DNA of 64,000 nt from Octopus vulgaris (taxonomy: Eukaryota): assembly GCA_951406725.2 (NCBI GenBank), contig OX597826.1, forward strand, positions 10,478,001 to 10,542,000. Direction: 5' to 3'. Positions 38,969 through 52,515 of the stretch are shown here, piece by piece. Every line of letters starts with the position of its first letter. Position 1 is the first letter of the stretch. The notes under the pieces are model-generated. The model saw nothing but the letters and a program-made list of their open reading frames with translations. It searched no databases and was not told where the DNA came from. The position numbers and the translations under genes are program-made.

Positions 38969-39603
38969 TGCACAAAGGGCTTCATTCAGTTTCTGTGTAC
39001 TAAATCCACTCACAAGGCTTTGGTTGATCCGAGGCTATAATAGAAAACACTTGTCCAAGGTGCCACGCAGTGGAACTGAATGTGGAACCATGTATTTGGG
39101 AAGCAAATTTCTTACCATCTAACCAAACCTGTACCTATAATATAATAAAAGCATCTGAGTGTGATTCAATGAAAATCTGGCTGCTGTTTCTAGCAGAGCG
39201 AGCAATTATGTAAAAACTCCCTGGTTGGCTTGTTTGCTGAGTGATTAAGGTAGCCAAGTATCAGCCCAGCAGTCACACTCTGGTGGTGTTACAGTATTTT
39301 AATAGAGGAAGCTGTATATTACTTTTTAAAAAATACTGCAGAATCATTGAAGCATTGAACTGAATGCCCTGTAGTTTTTTTATTTTAATTTTTTTGTTTT
39401 AGCTTTTTACATTCTGAGTTCAAATCCTTGTTTTTGCCCACACCAAGGTCAACAAAAATAAAATACCAGTCATGTACTGTGGGGTGGTATTCACTAAGCC
39501 CCTTCCCTTAGAAATGTTGGCCTTGTGCCTAAATCAGAAACCCCAAAATTTCAAGCCTTGTGCCTGTAATAGAAAGGATTATTATTATTATTATTATTAT
39601 TAT

Positions 39604-39783
39604 AGGTGTAGGAGTGGTTGTGTGGTAAGTAGCTTGCTTACCAACCACATGGTTCCGGGTTCAGTCCCACTGCATGGCACCTTGGGCAAGTGCCTTCTAC
39701 TATAGCCTCGGGCTGACCAAAGCCTTGTGAGTGGATTTGGTAGACGGAAACTGAAAGAAGCCTGTCGTATATATGTATATACC

Positions 39784-39838
<55 letters not shown>

Positions 39839-40040
39839 CTGTGTTTGTCCCCCCCAACATCGATTGACAACTGATGCTGGTGTGTTTATGTCCCAGTAAC
39901 TTAGTGGTTCGGCAAAAGAGACCAATAGAATAAGTACTAGGCTTACAAAGAATAAGTCCTGGGGTTGATTTGCTCGACTAAAGGCGGTGCTCCAGCATGG
40001 CCACAGTCAAATGACCGAAACAAGTAAAAGAGTAAAAGAG
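39604..40040 (+). mobile_element. SINE family A, full length (+ orientation)
   Basis: AGGTGTAGGAGTGGTTGTGTGGTAAG...GGTTCAGTCCC...CTTGGGCAAGTG...CAAGTAAAAGAGTAAAAGAG. Confidence 0.85.
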
Positions 40041-40383
40041 ATTATTATTCTTTTGTTGTTATGTGGTGTTTATGTTGTTCCTGGTTTAATTTCTCTTCTT
40101 ATCAGGCCACAACCCTTGTTCCATGATTAGAAACATTTTTTGTTCTCCCTCAAACCATGACCTTCTGTTTATGTTAGAAATGATTATTATTACTGAAGTG
40201 GAAGAATGGTAGGAGTAGTAGAATGCTAAACCTACATTCCTTTACGTTATGAGTTCAAGTTCTGCTGTGGACCCTTTATCTTTTAATCCTCCAAAATGCA
40301 TAAATAAGTAAAGGGTAAATGTCCAAGAGCATCCAGCTGGGTCCATGAAAAGAGCACTCAGTTCAAGCTGCAAAGCAGTTGGC

Positions 40384-40790
40384 ACTGGGAAAAGATTCTA
40401 GCCATAGAAATCATGCTGAAGTAGACATTGGAACACAGTGTAGTTCTTGAACATGTCAAACTGTCCAGCCCAGTATTCCAAACATATCCTGATGCAATCA
40501 GCAAAACAGCGAGACCTAATGGATAAAAATTAATTTAATAATTAATTAACATATTCACCTACAATTGTTTCATTTCACAAGCAAAATTAAAATTATAAAA
40601 CATATATAAATATATAATTTTGCATTTAAAATACCTTGTATGGAAAATCCTCAGGGTGTACAAAGGACAATAAGGATTGCATCAGGATATGTTTGGAATA
40701 CTGGGCTGGACAGTTTGACAGGTTCAAGAACTTCACCGTGTTCCAATGCCTACTTCAGCATGATTTCTATGGCTAGAATCTTTTCCCAGT
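40384..40790. repeat. 116-bp inverted repeat enclosing an HHR-bearing segment
   Basis: 40384-40499 is the reverse complement of 40675-40790 with ~4 mismatches. Confidence 0.85.
40556..40658 (-). ncRNA. Minimal type-I hammerhead ribozyme motif
   Basis: Minus strand: CACC-CTGAGGA-TTTTC..ACAAG...CTTGTGAAAT-GAAA-C-AATT-G-TA|GGTG, with palindromic CAATTG. Confidence 0.65.
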
Positions 40791-41240
40791 TCTAGAAATT
40801 TACCCTCTGAGGCACAAACCTGGTCAAGATTGTTTATGGAAGACCAGCAGTCGCCCATGCATACCAGCCTCCCCTCTTCACACCAGCGATGTTATCCAAG
40901 GGAAAGGCAAAGGCCATTACAGTTTGTCCCAAGCGATGTTGCAACTCATTTCTACAGCTGAGTGAATTGGAGCAACATGAAATAAAGTGTCTTGCTCAAG
41001 AACACAACACTCAGCCGAGTCTGGGAATCGAACACACTACCTCATGATTGTCAGCCTGACGTTCTAACCACTGAGCCATGTGCCTTCATCATAAATAGGT
41101 ATTTGTAATGTATTAGGAGGTAGGGAGTGATGTATCAGTAATACACTTGGGATAAGAACTCAGTTGACCTTAGTCATTTGTACAATGTGTGGCATTAAAA
41201 AAGTTTTAGATCATCATCATCATCATTAATACTATTATTA

Positions 41241-41872
41241 AGATGGTGAGCTGCAGAATTGTTAGCATGCCAGACAAACTGGTTACCGACATTTCACCTG
41301 TCTCGTATGTTCTGAGTTCAAATTCCACCAAGGTAGACTTTGTCTTTCATCCTTTCATAATCAATAGAATAAATGTCAGATGAGCACTGGGGGGGGGGGT
41401 GATGTAATCAACTAGACCCCACCCCCCTCACACAAAAGCCTCTGAGTTCAAATTCCCCCAAAAGTTGACTTTACCTTTCATCCTTTCGGGGTAGATAAAA
41501 TTTAGTACCAGCAAAACACTGGGGCAAGTGTAATCAACTAGTTCCCTCCCCCAAAAATTTCAGGCCTTGTGCCTTTAGTAGAAAGGCTTATAATAATAAT
41601 AATAATAATAATTATTATTATTATTATTGTTGTTGTTGTTGTTATTTAAGGTGGTGAGCTGGCAGAATTGTTAGCTCACCAGGCAAAATGCTTAGCAGCA
41701 TTTTGTCTGTCTTCATGTTCTGAGTTCAAATTGCACTGAGGTCATGTTTGCCTTTCATCCTCTTAGGGTCGATAAAATAAGTAGCAGTCAAGCACTGAGT
41801 CGATGTAATCAACTTAACTCTCCCCCAAAAAAATTGCTGGACTTGTGCCAAAATCTGAAGCCATTATTGTTG
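41241..41872 (+). mobile_element. Tandem SINE family B copies
   Basis: Three units with the family B core. Confidence 0.75.
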
Positions 41873-42486
41873 TTGTTTTTACTGGTGGGATTCAATGGCC
41901 ACTTGTTGTTTATGCCGTGAAGTTTGGTGAAGGAAAGGTTATTCGGCCTCTGGAAATCATACCGGGAATATCATGGCATATGCAGCAATAGAATTGGCTG
42001 AGGGCTGGGGGTTTCTCTATTGCTGCATATGACAGATGACAGGAGATTACAACAATGGTGAGAGACACTTTGAGATCTTGAAGATTCTGGCCACTCCATG
42101 CCAGCATGTAAAAAAACAGAAACTGACATAACATAATGATGATTTAGTAACACCAGGGGGCAGTAGATGTCATAATTAGCAAAGCACCAGCCAAAACGTC
42201 TTTGCTGGTATTTAGTTATGCCCCGTGGAGTTTATGTCCCTCCAACTTTGCTTTTCACAAACCAAGAAGGCAGCTTCTATGCGGTTGCTTAACTCACTAG
42301 AAATAGCAATCAGATTAGATCTTGATGTTTTTTAAAAATAGAATGACACATTAAATAATGTATCCCCTGTTGAAATGTTCCTATGAAAAGAAGGGATGGC
42401 CATGGTTAGAACATCTTTTATCATAAGCCTGTTTAATGAAGACTGTTTTGGACTAAATAAGAGTAATGGTCCAAAAACTAAAGTTA

Positions 42487-42536
<50 letters not shown>

Positions 42537-42568
42537 TATTATTTACTACTACTACTACTACTACTACT

Positions 42569-42604
<36 letters not shown>

Positions 42605-42610
42605 GGTGTT

Positions 42611-42985
42611 AAGGTGGCAAGCTGGCAGAGTCACTACCAGGCTGAACAAAATGTCTGGTACCATTTCATCTGTCTTTAATGTTCTGAGTTGAAATTCCGC
42701 TGAGGTTGACTTTTCCTTTCATCTTTTCAAGGTCGATGCAATCGACTTAAACCTTTCCTCAAAACTGCTGGCCTTGTGTCAAAATTTGAAACCGTCATTA
42801 ATATCATTATTGAGGTTAGATTGGCAGAATTGCGAGGGCATTGAAGAAAATGCCTTGGTCTGGTTCTTTCATCATTTTGGGGTTCATGAAACACAGTGTC
42901 AGTCGAGCAATAGGGCTAAGATAATCAATTAAACACCTCCCCATCAAATTTCTGGCCTTGTGCCTATGATAGAAATTATTATTGT
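42611..42985 (+). mobile_element. Tandem degenerate SINE family B copies
   Basis: Family B head and core following an (ATT)n tract. Confidence 0.65.
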
Positions 42986-43656
42986 TGTTTTAATTAATGA
43001 TGGTAGCCAGTGCATAATGAAAGGCAAGGGGAATGAGTAAGTTAAGGGAAAATAGAATAAAAGACAGACAGGGGACAAAGAAAGGGCTGTGGTGGGTTGG
43101 TAGTGGAACTGGTAATCTGATGGTGCTGGCGGAAATGGTGATGATGATGATGATGATGATGGAAATGGTGGTGGCAGTGTGGTGGTGGTGGTGGCGGCTG
43201 TGGCAGTGTGGTGGTGGTGGTGGCGGTGGTGGCTGTGGTGGTGTGGCGGTGCTGGGTTGGGCAGCAGTTACAATCTTGGAATCTTGAACTAGTTCTTTCA
43301 CATCATAAACCATCAACGAAGAGTTTTTCGAAATTGAATTTCTTAACAAGGAATACTAGTATTGATTTTAATAATAACAACCACAACAACAACAACAACA
43401 ACAACAGTAACAACACAAATGATGATGATGATGATGATGATGATGATTACTGGCATAGTCTAAATGTGCCACAGATCTATTTCTGATGACAGCAGCGTTG
43501 AGTCAGAAGCACACGGTTGGTTCTACTGGTTTACAATCAGTATTTCCAACAACTTAGAACAAAATCAATATTAAGATAATGATAACAACAACAACAAGAA
43601 CAACAACAACAACACAATCACTACCACCACCACCACCACCATTGCCAATAATAATG

Positions 43657-43705
<49 letters not shown>

Positions 43706-44310
43706 CAGCAGCAGTATTAATAGTGTTAGCAATAATAAAAGTCACGGTGGTGGTGGTGGTGGTGGTGGTGGTGGTGGTGGTGGTAGTAGTAATTGCTGTT
43801 GTTGTTGTTGTTGTTGTTATGGAGAAATAAAAGAAAGGAAGGAGAATTCGCAGAAATATAATTTATCTTTTATTGGATCTATGCAACTTCCGATGGTTTT
43901 GATTAGAGGTTGAAAAAGTGTATGTGTGTGTGTATGTAAACATGTGTGTAAGTGTGTGTGTGTATGTGTGTGTGAGTGTGTGTGTGTTGGCAGACGTGAT
44001 GGTGGTGGGGGGGAGAGGGTCGGAGCTAAGTGAGTGTGTGTGTGGGTGGGGTGGTTATGTATCGAGGTAAAATACATAAAAATATATTACTGATGTTAAT
44101 ATTCAAATTGAATATATGTGGATTATGTATGTATGGTCAGATCTATATATTGTGTGTATATATATATATATATGTGTGTGTATATGTGTGTGTTTGTGTT
44201 GAATTGTAGTTTGGCATTGAAACCTAAATTATGTATATTGTATATGCTTGTTTATATGTATGTATTTACATATGTATATTTATGTTTGTATATATTCGTG
44301 TATGTATATT

Positions 44311-44345
<35 letters not shown>

Positions 44346-44621
44346 GAATATGTGGTCATCTGTTTGTGTGTCTGTGCCAGTGTAAGTCTGTGTTGGTATC
44401 TAAATATTAAAATTACATATATTGTGTGTGTATGTATGTATTTTGTGTATGTGTGTGTGTGTGTGTATGTATGTGTGTGTGTGTGTGATTGTGTTATGCA
44501 TCTATAAACATCATAAATATATAAGATACTAGCTTCAGATTTTATGATGATGATGTGTATGCATACACATACACACATATTTATGTGTGTATGTGTTTGT
44601 GTATCCCCTCTCTCTCTCTTT

Positions 44622-44659
<38 letters not shown>

Positions 44660-44775
44660 CACATACATACATATATATATATATACATACATACATATAT
44701 ACATTATATATATATATATATATATAGCTTTATATTATAAATTATACATATATATATATTATATTAAATAAATTA

Positions 44776-44831
<56 letters not shown>

Positions 44832-45273
44832 TATATTATATTATATTATATATATAAATTATGCATATATATGTATATGCGTGTATATATAATACTCTTA
44901 TTCTACGCACTGTTTTATAACAATGGGATTTTTGTCAGAGTTTATATATTTCTGTAATTCCATTTGTAGAATAATAATAATTTTGAAAAAGAAAATTTGC
45001 AAAGAAGAAAATAACCAATATAATTAATATCCCGAGTATTTAATTATTAATTACTTATTCTTCTTTTGCTTAGAACTTCACACTATTTTGAAATGCAGCT
45101 ACTAGAATTCGTTTCAGCTTAATTTAAAATCTTTGACTGGATGTAAATAAATATATTTAATTATTCAATTATTTTGTTGTGTAGATCGACATAGTTTTAA
45201 TTATGAATTTAAAGTATTCAAAACTTGATCCAAATTCATATATATAGAGCCACATGTATGTTTGTCTGTGTGG

Positions 45274-45313
<40 letters not shown>

Positions 45314-45549
45314 TATACACACATACATGCATGTCATTGTCATCATGACTAGCATCACAATCATAAATCCATACATGTATATAGAAATATATATAGAAAT
45401 GTACATCCAGTAATACAGAACAGTATGTTATTTATACAGAAAGTTATATAGAATAGTATGTATAGAATAATATCTACAGCATTATATGGAATGATATACA
45501 TGTGTATAGAATTTTACATAGAATTACCGACCAGTATATCAGATCATAT

Positions 45550-45859
45550 CATGTGATCATGTGACTGACCAGGCTATCAGATGTTGCTACACATTGCTGG
45601 TCACAATGCGCTTCACACTGTTTTAGCCTTCAAATGATGCCACTCCGCTGGCTAAGCGAGAAGGTCAACAGAAGAAAGAGTGAGAGAAAGATGTGGGAAA
45701 GAGTACACCAGGGATCACCACCATCCCCTGCCCGGAGCCTCGTGGAGCTCTAGATGTTTTCGCTCAATAAACACTCACAACGACCTGGTCTGGAAATCGA
45801 AACCGCGATCGTATGACTGCGAGTCCACTGCCCTAACCACTGGGCTATTGTACCTCCAC
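45550..45859 (-). mobile_element. SINE family C with 14-bp TSD
   Basis: TSD ATATCAGATCATAT at 45536-45549 and 45860-45873; body similar to 27050-27338. Confidence 0.8.
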
Positions 45860-45886
45860 ATATCAGATCATATGTGATAGTGTATA

Positions 45887-45926
<40 letters not shown>

Positions 45927-45927
45927 C

Positions 45928-45977
<50 letters not shown>

Positions 45978-46156
45978 GTGTATATATATATGTATATATA
46001 CACACATATAATCGCAATAAAGATATTTAAACCTCTTATAGGGATATTTTATTCAAAATACACTGGTTTAATATATTATATTTTGAAGAGAAAATTCTTC
46101 AATGAATATATATTTTATATTATATCGTAAAATATCAAATATTTTTATTGAGTTAG

Positions 46157-46463
46157 AAAACAGCGAGACCTAATGGATAAAAATTAATTTAATAATTAAT
46201 TAACATATTTACCTACAATTGTTTCATTTCACAAACAAAATTAAAATTACAAAGCATATATAAATATATAATTTTGCATTTTAAATACCTTGTATGGAAA
46301 ATCCTCAGGGTGTACAAAGGACAATAAGGATTGCATCAGGATATGTTAGGAATACTGGGCTGGGCAATTCGACAGGTTCAAGAACTTCACCATGTTCCAA
46401 TACCTACTTCAGCATGATTTCTATGGCTAGAATCTTTTCCCAGTGCTCTTTTCATGGAACCAG
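46157..46463. repeat. Direct duplicate of 40503-40790 (HHR segment plus captured flank)
   Basis: Roughly 96% identical by eye over ~288 bp. Confidence 0.85.
46210..46312 (-). ncRNA. Minimal type-I hammerhead ribozyme motif (sister of 40556-40658)
   Basis: ACC-CTGAGGA...GAAA-C-AATT-G-TA|GGT on the minus strand. Confidence 0.6.
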
Positions 46464-46983
46464 CACTAGTGAGGTCACCATGGAGCCTACAGGCCCCCTT
46501 CAGCTGAATGGAGCTACAACAGACAAGAAGGTCGCTTTATAATATGGGGTAAAAGGTTATAATGAGAGAGAAGAGACCAGAACATTATCATTTGTTTATT
46601 TGATATCTGTTTTTTCACGAGTTAGCTGAATATATTATTGAAGTATTGGCAGGCATGGGTGTGTGGTAAGAGGTTTGGTTCCCAACCACATAGTTCTGGG
46701 TTCAGTCCCTCTGTGTGATACCAAAGTGTCACTCAGTATCTTCTGCTACAAAAGCCTGTTAGTTGACTTAGTAGACAAAACCTGAAAGAAACATCGTATG
46801 TGCACATGTGTCTTTGTGTATTTACTGATTGTAATATTACTCCATGGCCAGACATGTTTTCACAAAAAGACTGGAAATGAAAGACACTCATTTACAACTA
46901 TCATGCATTGTCAAGATGAGGTGCAAACATGCACACACAGACACACATACACATGTGTACACAATAACATGCACACACACACA

Positions 46984-47017
<34 letters not shown>

Positions 47018-47184
47018 ATGGTCTTCTTTCAGTTTCTTTCTACCTAGTTCACTCACGAGGGTTTGGTTGGCTCAGGGCTATAATGGAAGGCAGTTACCCA
47101 AGGTGCCATGCAGTGGTTTGGGAAGCAAATTTCTTACTACACAACACACTCAAACACACACACACACTCAAACACACACACACA

Positions 47185-48417
47185 TTGGGTCATAAACAAT
47201 CAGTTTTTTTTAAATTGCATGAACTAAATGTTGGAGGGGGACCGGGTAAACTACCTGCATCAACTTGTTATAATGCAGGTAGTAATTTTACTTTGTACTT
47301 ATTCTTAGTGCAAGTTTTGAAGAGTGCAGTTCGATTTAAACAGTTATTTTTTCAAAGCTATAATGGAAGTGGCAAAGGAGCATATTCAGAATATTTTGCT
47401 TTATGAGTTCGATAAAGGCAACAACGCAACGGAAACTGCGAGGAATATTAATGCAGTACATGGGAATCGGACAATAAGCATAAGCCATTGTCAATGGTGG
47501 TTCCAGAAATTTCGAGCCAGAAACTGCAGCCTAGAAGACAAGCCTCATCCCAGAAGATCTGTAGAGCTTGACAAGGACATCCTGCAAACCCTGGTGGAAC
47601 AAAATCCCATTGTAACTGTTGCGGAACTAGCAGAGAAGCTTGGATTTGGTCATTCAACCATTCATCGACACTTGCATGCCATTGGAAAAGTCAGCAAATT
47701 GGGTCAATGGGTTCCTGACAAACTTCCCGAGATTAATCATGCACAGAGAGTGAATTTGTGCTCTTCTTTGCTGTCAGGTCTCACAAATGAACCTTTTTTG
47801 GACTAAATAGTGATTAGTGACAAGAAATGGGTTCTTTATAAAAATGTCAGGTGCTGAAGACAGTGGGTAGGGAAAGGAGAAACACCAGCACCCCAGGCTA
47901 AAGAAAGTCTTCACCCTGTAAAGTTTTGTTATCTGTTTGGTAGGATATGAAATGTTTAGTCCACTTAGAACTTTTAAACCCAAACCAAATGATAACAAAG
48001 GAGATCTACTGTGAGCCAACTTGAGTAGCTTAAGTCAGTGCTAGAAGAAAAATGACAATCTTTCATTTCCAGATGAAAAAGTGTTCTATCAGGATAATGC
48101 TTGGCCACATACAGCAAGGATGACATTCCAAGGGCTGGAGTTGTCCCATCTTAATTATCATTTATTCTGCGGTCTTCAAGATCATTTGGATGGAAAAAAT
48201 AGGAATTCTGTAGACAAGGTCAGAACAGTACTGGAAGAGTATTTTTCATCACAGATAAGTGAATTTTGGAAGAGGGGCTTTGCAAGTCTACCAGATAGAT
48301 GGAAGAGCATTGTAGAAAATGAAGGAGAGTATATTTTAGATTAAAAAGAACTTTATTTATCTTAATTTTGAAAACTAAAAGAAGTATAAAAAATGCATTA
48401 TTTATGAGATAACCCAA
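47185..48417 (+). mobile_element. Full-length decayed mariner DNA transposon (~1.23 kb)
   Basis: TIRs TTGGGT-----CATAAACAAT / ATTATTTATGAGATAACCCAA. TA on the right flank and CA (mutated TA) on the left. Confidence 0.9.
47363..48344 (+). pseudogene. Mariner transposase pseudogene (Hsmar1/Mos1-like)
   Basis: MEVAKEHIQNILLYEFDKG..WFQKF..SLED..WVP..L, (T)DEKW-like SDKKW, QDNAWPH, YHLF, LPDRWKSIVENEGEY. Contains in-frame stops, frameshifts and deletions. Confidence 0.92.
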
Positions 48418-48927
48418 TATATATATAACCATACGTAGATTCCTTTCTTAATACAAAACTCTATCCTTTAGAGATTAAATTCTGCACTATTACTTTTCAT
48501 ATTGAGAATTGTATAAGGCCAATTTTAAAATGTGACACCCTAAAGCAAATAATGCATCCCTTGTAGTCCATTATGGGAACTGATCTGCATCTAGCTCAGC
48601 CTGGCTCAGCTAACCCAACAACATTGTTGTAAATAGTAACTGTGAGCTGGAGATACCAAATAGACGATTAAATTAGTTTCTCACTCTTAATGAATTCTAA
48701 TTCAAAGTGAATATTTTGTTGTGTTTATGGGTTCAACACTGTTTTATTTTGCTTTGGTTCATTTCAGTGTGTACTGCAACAGAATGGTATGCTTTCCAAA
48801 AGGAGGTTTATCTTTTCATCTTAACATCATAAAATTGTTACTAAGCACTGACCCTTGAAAGCCTCTCAGAGATTAGGCACTTAGGCTCATAGTAAAAATT
48901 AATATGCAATACATATATATATATATA

Positions 48928-49454
48928 CTAGCATTATGACCCGTCGTTGCTGGGTCATAGTGCTAGCATTATGACCCGTCGTTGCTGGGTCATAGTGCTA
49001 GTGCATGTATATATGTGTATATATATGTGTACATATTACATGTACATCTATATATATACATCTACACATAAAATACAAATACAAAGTTATATCTTGATAT
49101 CGCTAGTGATAACAATACTCAAAATATATAACAGACTGGAATTGTAGGCCCATCTCTTGCAATTTCGATCAATTGTATCTTGTCCTCCCTCTTGTATAGA
49201 AGTGTGGCTACAATCCAGCCTACCTCTACTTCTGGAGGGAAGTTTTAGGGAATTGTAGTGGAGAAGATATGATATTGCTGTGGGCTCGCCCTAGGCAAAA
49301 AGTTAAAAAAATTTGTTTGCTAATGACACTCCCTGGACCCTAAGTAAGGCATGTGTAAAATTTGAATGAAATTGCTTGTGTAGTTCTCAAGTTTTAGGGA
49401 AACACACAGACAGACAGACAGACACACATTCTCAGTTTTATATATATATAGAGA
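48928..49454 (-). mobile_element. Non-autonomous Helitron with tandemly duplicated 3' hairpin
   Basis: Minus-strand 5' A|TCTCTATATATATATAAAACTGAGAATGTGTGTCTG and 3' CTAG|T. A 35-bp hairpin unit is present twice (48928-48962, 48963-48997). Confidence 0.75.
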
Positions 49455-50008
49455 TGTGTGTATGTGTGTGTGTGTTTAATGATATATATGACATATTGCA
49501 GAAACACATACATACACATACATAGAATCATGTATGCATATGTCATACTTATACTTAAAGCAGTGGACTGGCAGAATTGTTACTGCACCAGAAAAAAATG
49601 GTTAGTGATTCTAAGTTCAAATGCCACTGAGGTTGACTTTGCCCTTCATCCTTTCAGGGTTGATAAAATAAGAACCAGTGGAACACTGGGGATGACATGA
49701 TGGACTCAACCCCTTCCCTGAAGTTGCTGACCTTGTGTGAAATTTGAAAACCTACTTGTATACATACTAACACATGTAATTAAGCACACGTTTGTATACT
49801 AAAAAGACAGGTGTACTCATAGGAGTGCAAGCTTTTACACACATGTACCTACAGATATGCAAACATTGATGCAAATATATTCTGATCCCTAGAAATACCT
49901 TGGTTCAAGCAAAAGACACCTTATTGCTTGGTTAGTGGACCAACTTGGATTCTGCTGAGAACTTTACATACACATATCTAGACATAAATACATGCATTAC
50001 ACATACAT

Positions 50009-50425
50009 GGATCTCTTCGGTTTGAACGGCAATTTTTTCAAGCAGTGTCATATGAAATTGTCACCCATAATTATGACCCTAGAATCGATATATTGCATTT
50101 CAATCTGTTTTAGGGTTAGGGTTAGGGGTGGTGGGAAGGGTATCTTTTTTCCTTTGCAAATGTAAATAAACCCAATCTGTTTCTTAAACGAGGGACATAT
50201 TTATACGGCACAGAATGCTTTTTACCTCAATGGACGTCAGTGATTGGTTGAAATTGCAGAAATTGAAGAAAAAAAACAACAAATATCTTACAAACTATAG
50301 AATTTTCTCAATAAAGCCAAGAGAAAAAGAGGTTTTATAAACACATTCTACCAGTATACGAAATTAAAAATTTTTTAGTTACATAGAAATTATGTTAAAA
50401 ACTGCCATTCAAACCGAAAAGATCC
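50009..50425. mobile_element. Second copy (inverted) of the telomere-repeat MITE
   Basis: Same TIRs GGATC..TTCGGTTTGAACGGCA, internal TTAGGGTTAGGGTTAGGG, TSD CACATACAT (9 bp, ambiguous in its microsatellite context). Confidence 0.85.
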
Positions 50426-51132
50426 CACATACATAGATATACATACATACATACATACATTTTTTCTTTTATCTTTTACCTTTTAATAGTTTCAGTCATT
50501 GGACTGTGGCCATGCTGGGGCACTGCCTTGACGGGTTTTATTCCCACACACTAACCTCAGTAACAATGTTTTTTTTTAAAAATCTGGTACTTGTTCTACC
50601 ACTCTCTTTTGTTGAACTACTAAAGAAACCGATACCAGTTACCAAGTAATGGTGGGGGTCATTAAACACGGATACAAAAATACATGCATGCATGCACATG
50701 CATACACACATGCATATGCACACACACACACACACACGCATATTTTTTACATCTCCCTCTGATATGTATTGTTTTTAATCACAGCACATCTGTAAGAAAT
50801 GTTATTTTGGACCCAAACCACAGTAAATTGCCTATCAATGGTGTATATACATTAAATATGCTACATAGATGTCTATTTTAATTAAATACTGTTTCAATTG
50901 CGTACACCGGATTATATGAACTATTTTGCTAATTGGAAAAATATTTTTGTTTTTGTTTTTGTTGAATACATTATGAGTAATATTTACAATAGGAATATAT
51001 TTTGTGAAAAAAAAACAATATTTGCATAAAATGAATTTATTCAAGGTCCATCATGTGATGGGAGTGGTGAGATAATTACAGGATATTGGTTAACAGAGAA
51101 CTGCTAATTTATTTTGATTGGGGGAACATTAC

Positions 51133-51177
<45 letters not shown>

Positions 51178-51282
51178 TAAAATGAGGGTGAGAAATTATA
51201 TATTAATTTAATTAACATCGGTTTCACACCAGTGGTCTAGCATATAAAAAAACTGAAGGTTCAGTAAAATTGTATTACATAC

Positions 51283-51401
51283 ATATTAGAGGGAAACCAC
51301 TATGTGGACACCCTTATGCTTGAGAACATTTCTTAGTGGTAAGACCATAGCAGATCTATTTCTAGCATAAGGGTGTCCACAAAGTGGTTTCCCTCTAATA
51401 T
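51283..51401. repeat. Hairpin with 38-bp inverted arms
   Basis: ATATTAGAGGGAAACCACTATGTGGACACCCTTATGCT / AGCATAAGGGTGTCCACAAAGTGGTTTCCCTCTAATAT (1 mismatch). Confidence 0.85.
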
Positions 51402-51402
51402 T

Positions 51403-51433
<31 letters not shown>

Positions 51434-51690
51434 GTATATATATATGTATATATATATATATACACACACACAAACACACATCAATATTTAAGGACTATGT
51501 AAATGGAATTTGATAGAATTGTGTCTCTTGAGTTTGAAGCAATAAAATCTTAGATTTATTAAGGTATACAGAGTTCAATATACAATATATTTTTGGACAA
51601 CTTTATTCATTACAAACTAAGGTTAAGGAAGAATGTGCATACTTTCTCTGTCTCTCTCTGTCTCATACATACACACACATTGAAAATATA

Positions 51691-51925
51691 TATTTCTTTA
51701 CTGCCCACAAGGGGCTAAACATAGAGGGGACAAACAAGGACAGACAAAGGGATTAAGTCGATTACATCGACCCCAGTGCGAAACTAGTACTTTATTTATT
51801 TACCCTGAAAGGATGAAAGGCAAAGTCGACCGTTGCAGAATTTGAACTCAGAACGTAACGACAGATGAAATACTGCTAAGCATTTCGCCCAGCGCGCTAA
51901 TGTTTCTGCCAGCTCGCCCCCTTAT
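51691..51925 (-). mobile_element. SINE family B (alternative tail) with 17-bp TSD
   Basis: TSD CACACATTGAAAATATA at 51674-51690 and 51926-51942. A 5'-truncated sister lies at 54686-54840 (+). Confidence 0.85.
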
Positions 51926-52106
51926 CACACATTGAAAATATAACTGATTGAATTGTTCTCTTGATTTTTCACGCAATAAATGAAATAACAAATGTGGAAG
52001 CCTGTCATGTGTGTGTTTGTGTTTGTTCCCCCATCACCACTTGGCAGCCAATGTTGGTTTGTTTATGTCCTCATAACTTAGCAACGTGGTAAAAAAGTCC
52101 GATAGT

Positions 52107-52345
52107 ATTCTTTTATTCTATTACTTGTTTCAGTCGTTTGACTGCTGCCATGCTGGAGCACTGCCTTAAAGGGTTTTTTTTTAGAGGAAGAAATCAACCC
52201 CAGTACTTATTCCTTGTAAGCTTATCAATTATTCTATCGATCTCTTTTGGTGAACCACTAAGTTATGGGAACGTAAACACACCGACATCGGTTGTCAAGC
52301 AATGGCAAGGGACAAACACAGACACAAAGATACACTCACATAAAT

Positions 52346-52377
<32 letters not shown>

Positions 52378-52515
52378 GGCGGGCTTCTTTCAGTTTCCAT
52401 CTGCCAAATCCACTCACAAGGCTTTGGTTGGCCTGAAACTATAGTAGAAGACCCTTGCCCAAGGTGACACACAGTGGGACTGAACCCAGAACCATGTGGT
52501 TGGGAAGTAAGCTTC
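52107..52515 (-). mobile_element. SINE family A nested in an opposite-orientation A copy
   Basis: A-family + strand pieces at ~51995-52105 and ~52550-52655 flank this minus-strand copy. Confidence 0.7.

Noticed and set aside
43482-43510. CTGATGA as a hammerhead core (similar isolated matches on the minus strand at ~8716, ~58336 and ~58490)
   Set aside because: No correctly placed GAAA..UH or stem I; treated as chance matches.
47363-48344. Domesticated SETMAR-like gene
   Set aside because: Multiple stops and frameshifts, flanking TIRs, and no SET domain.
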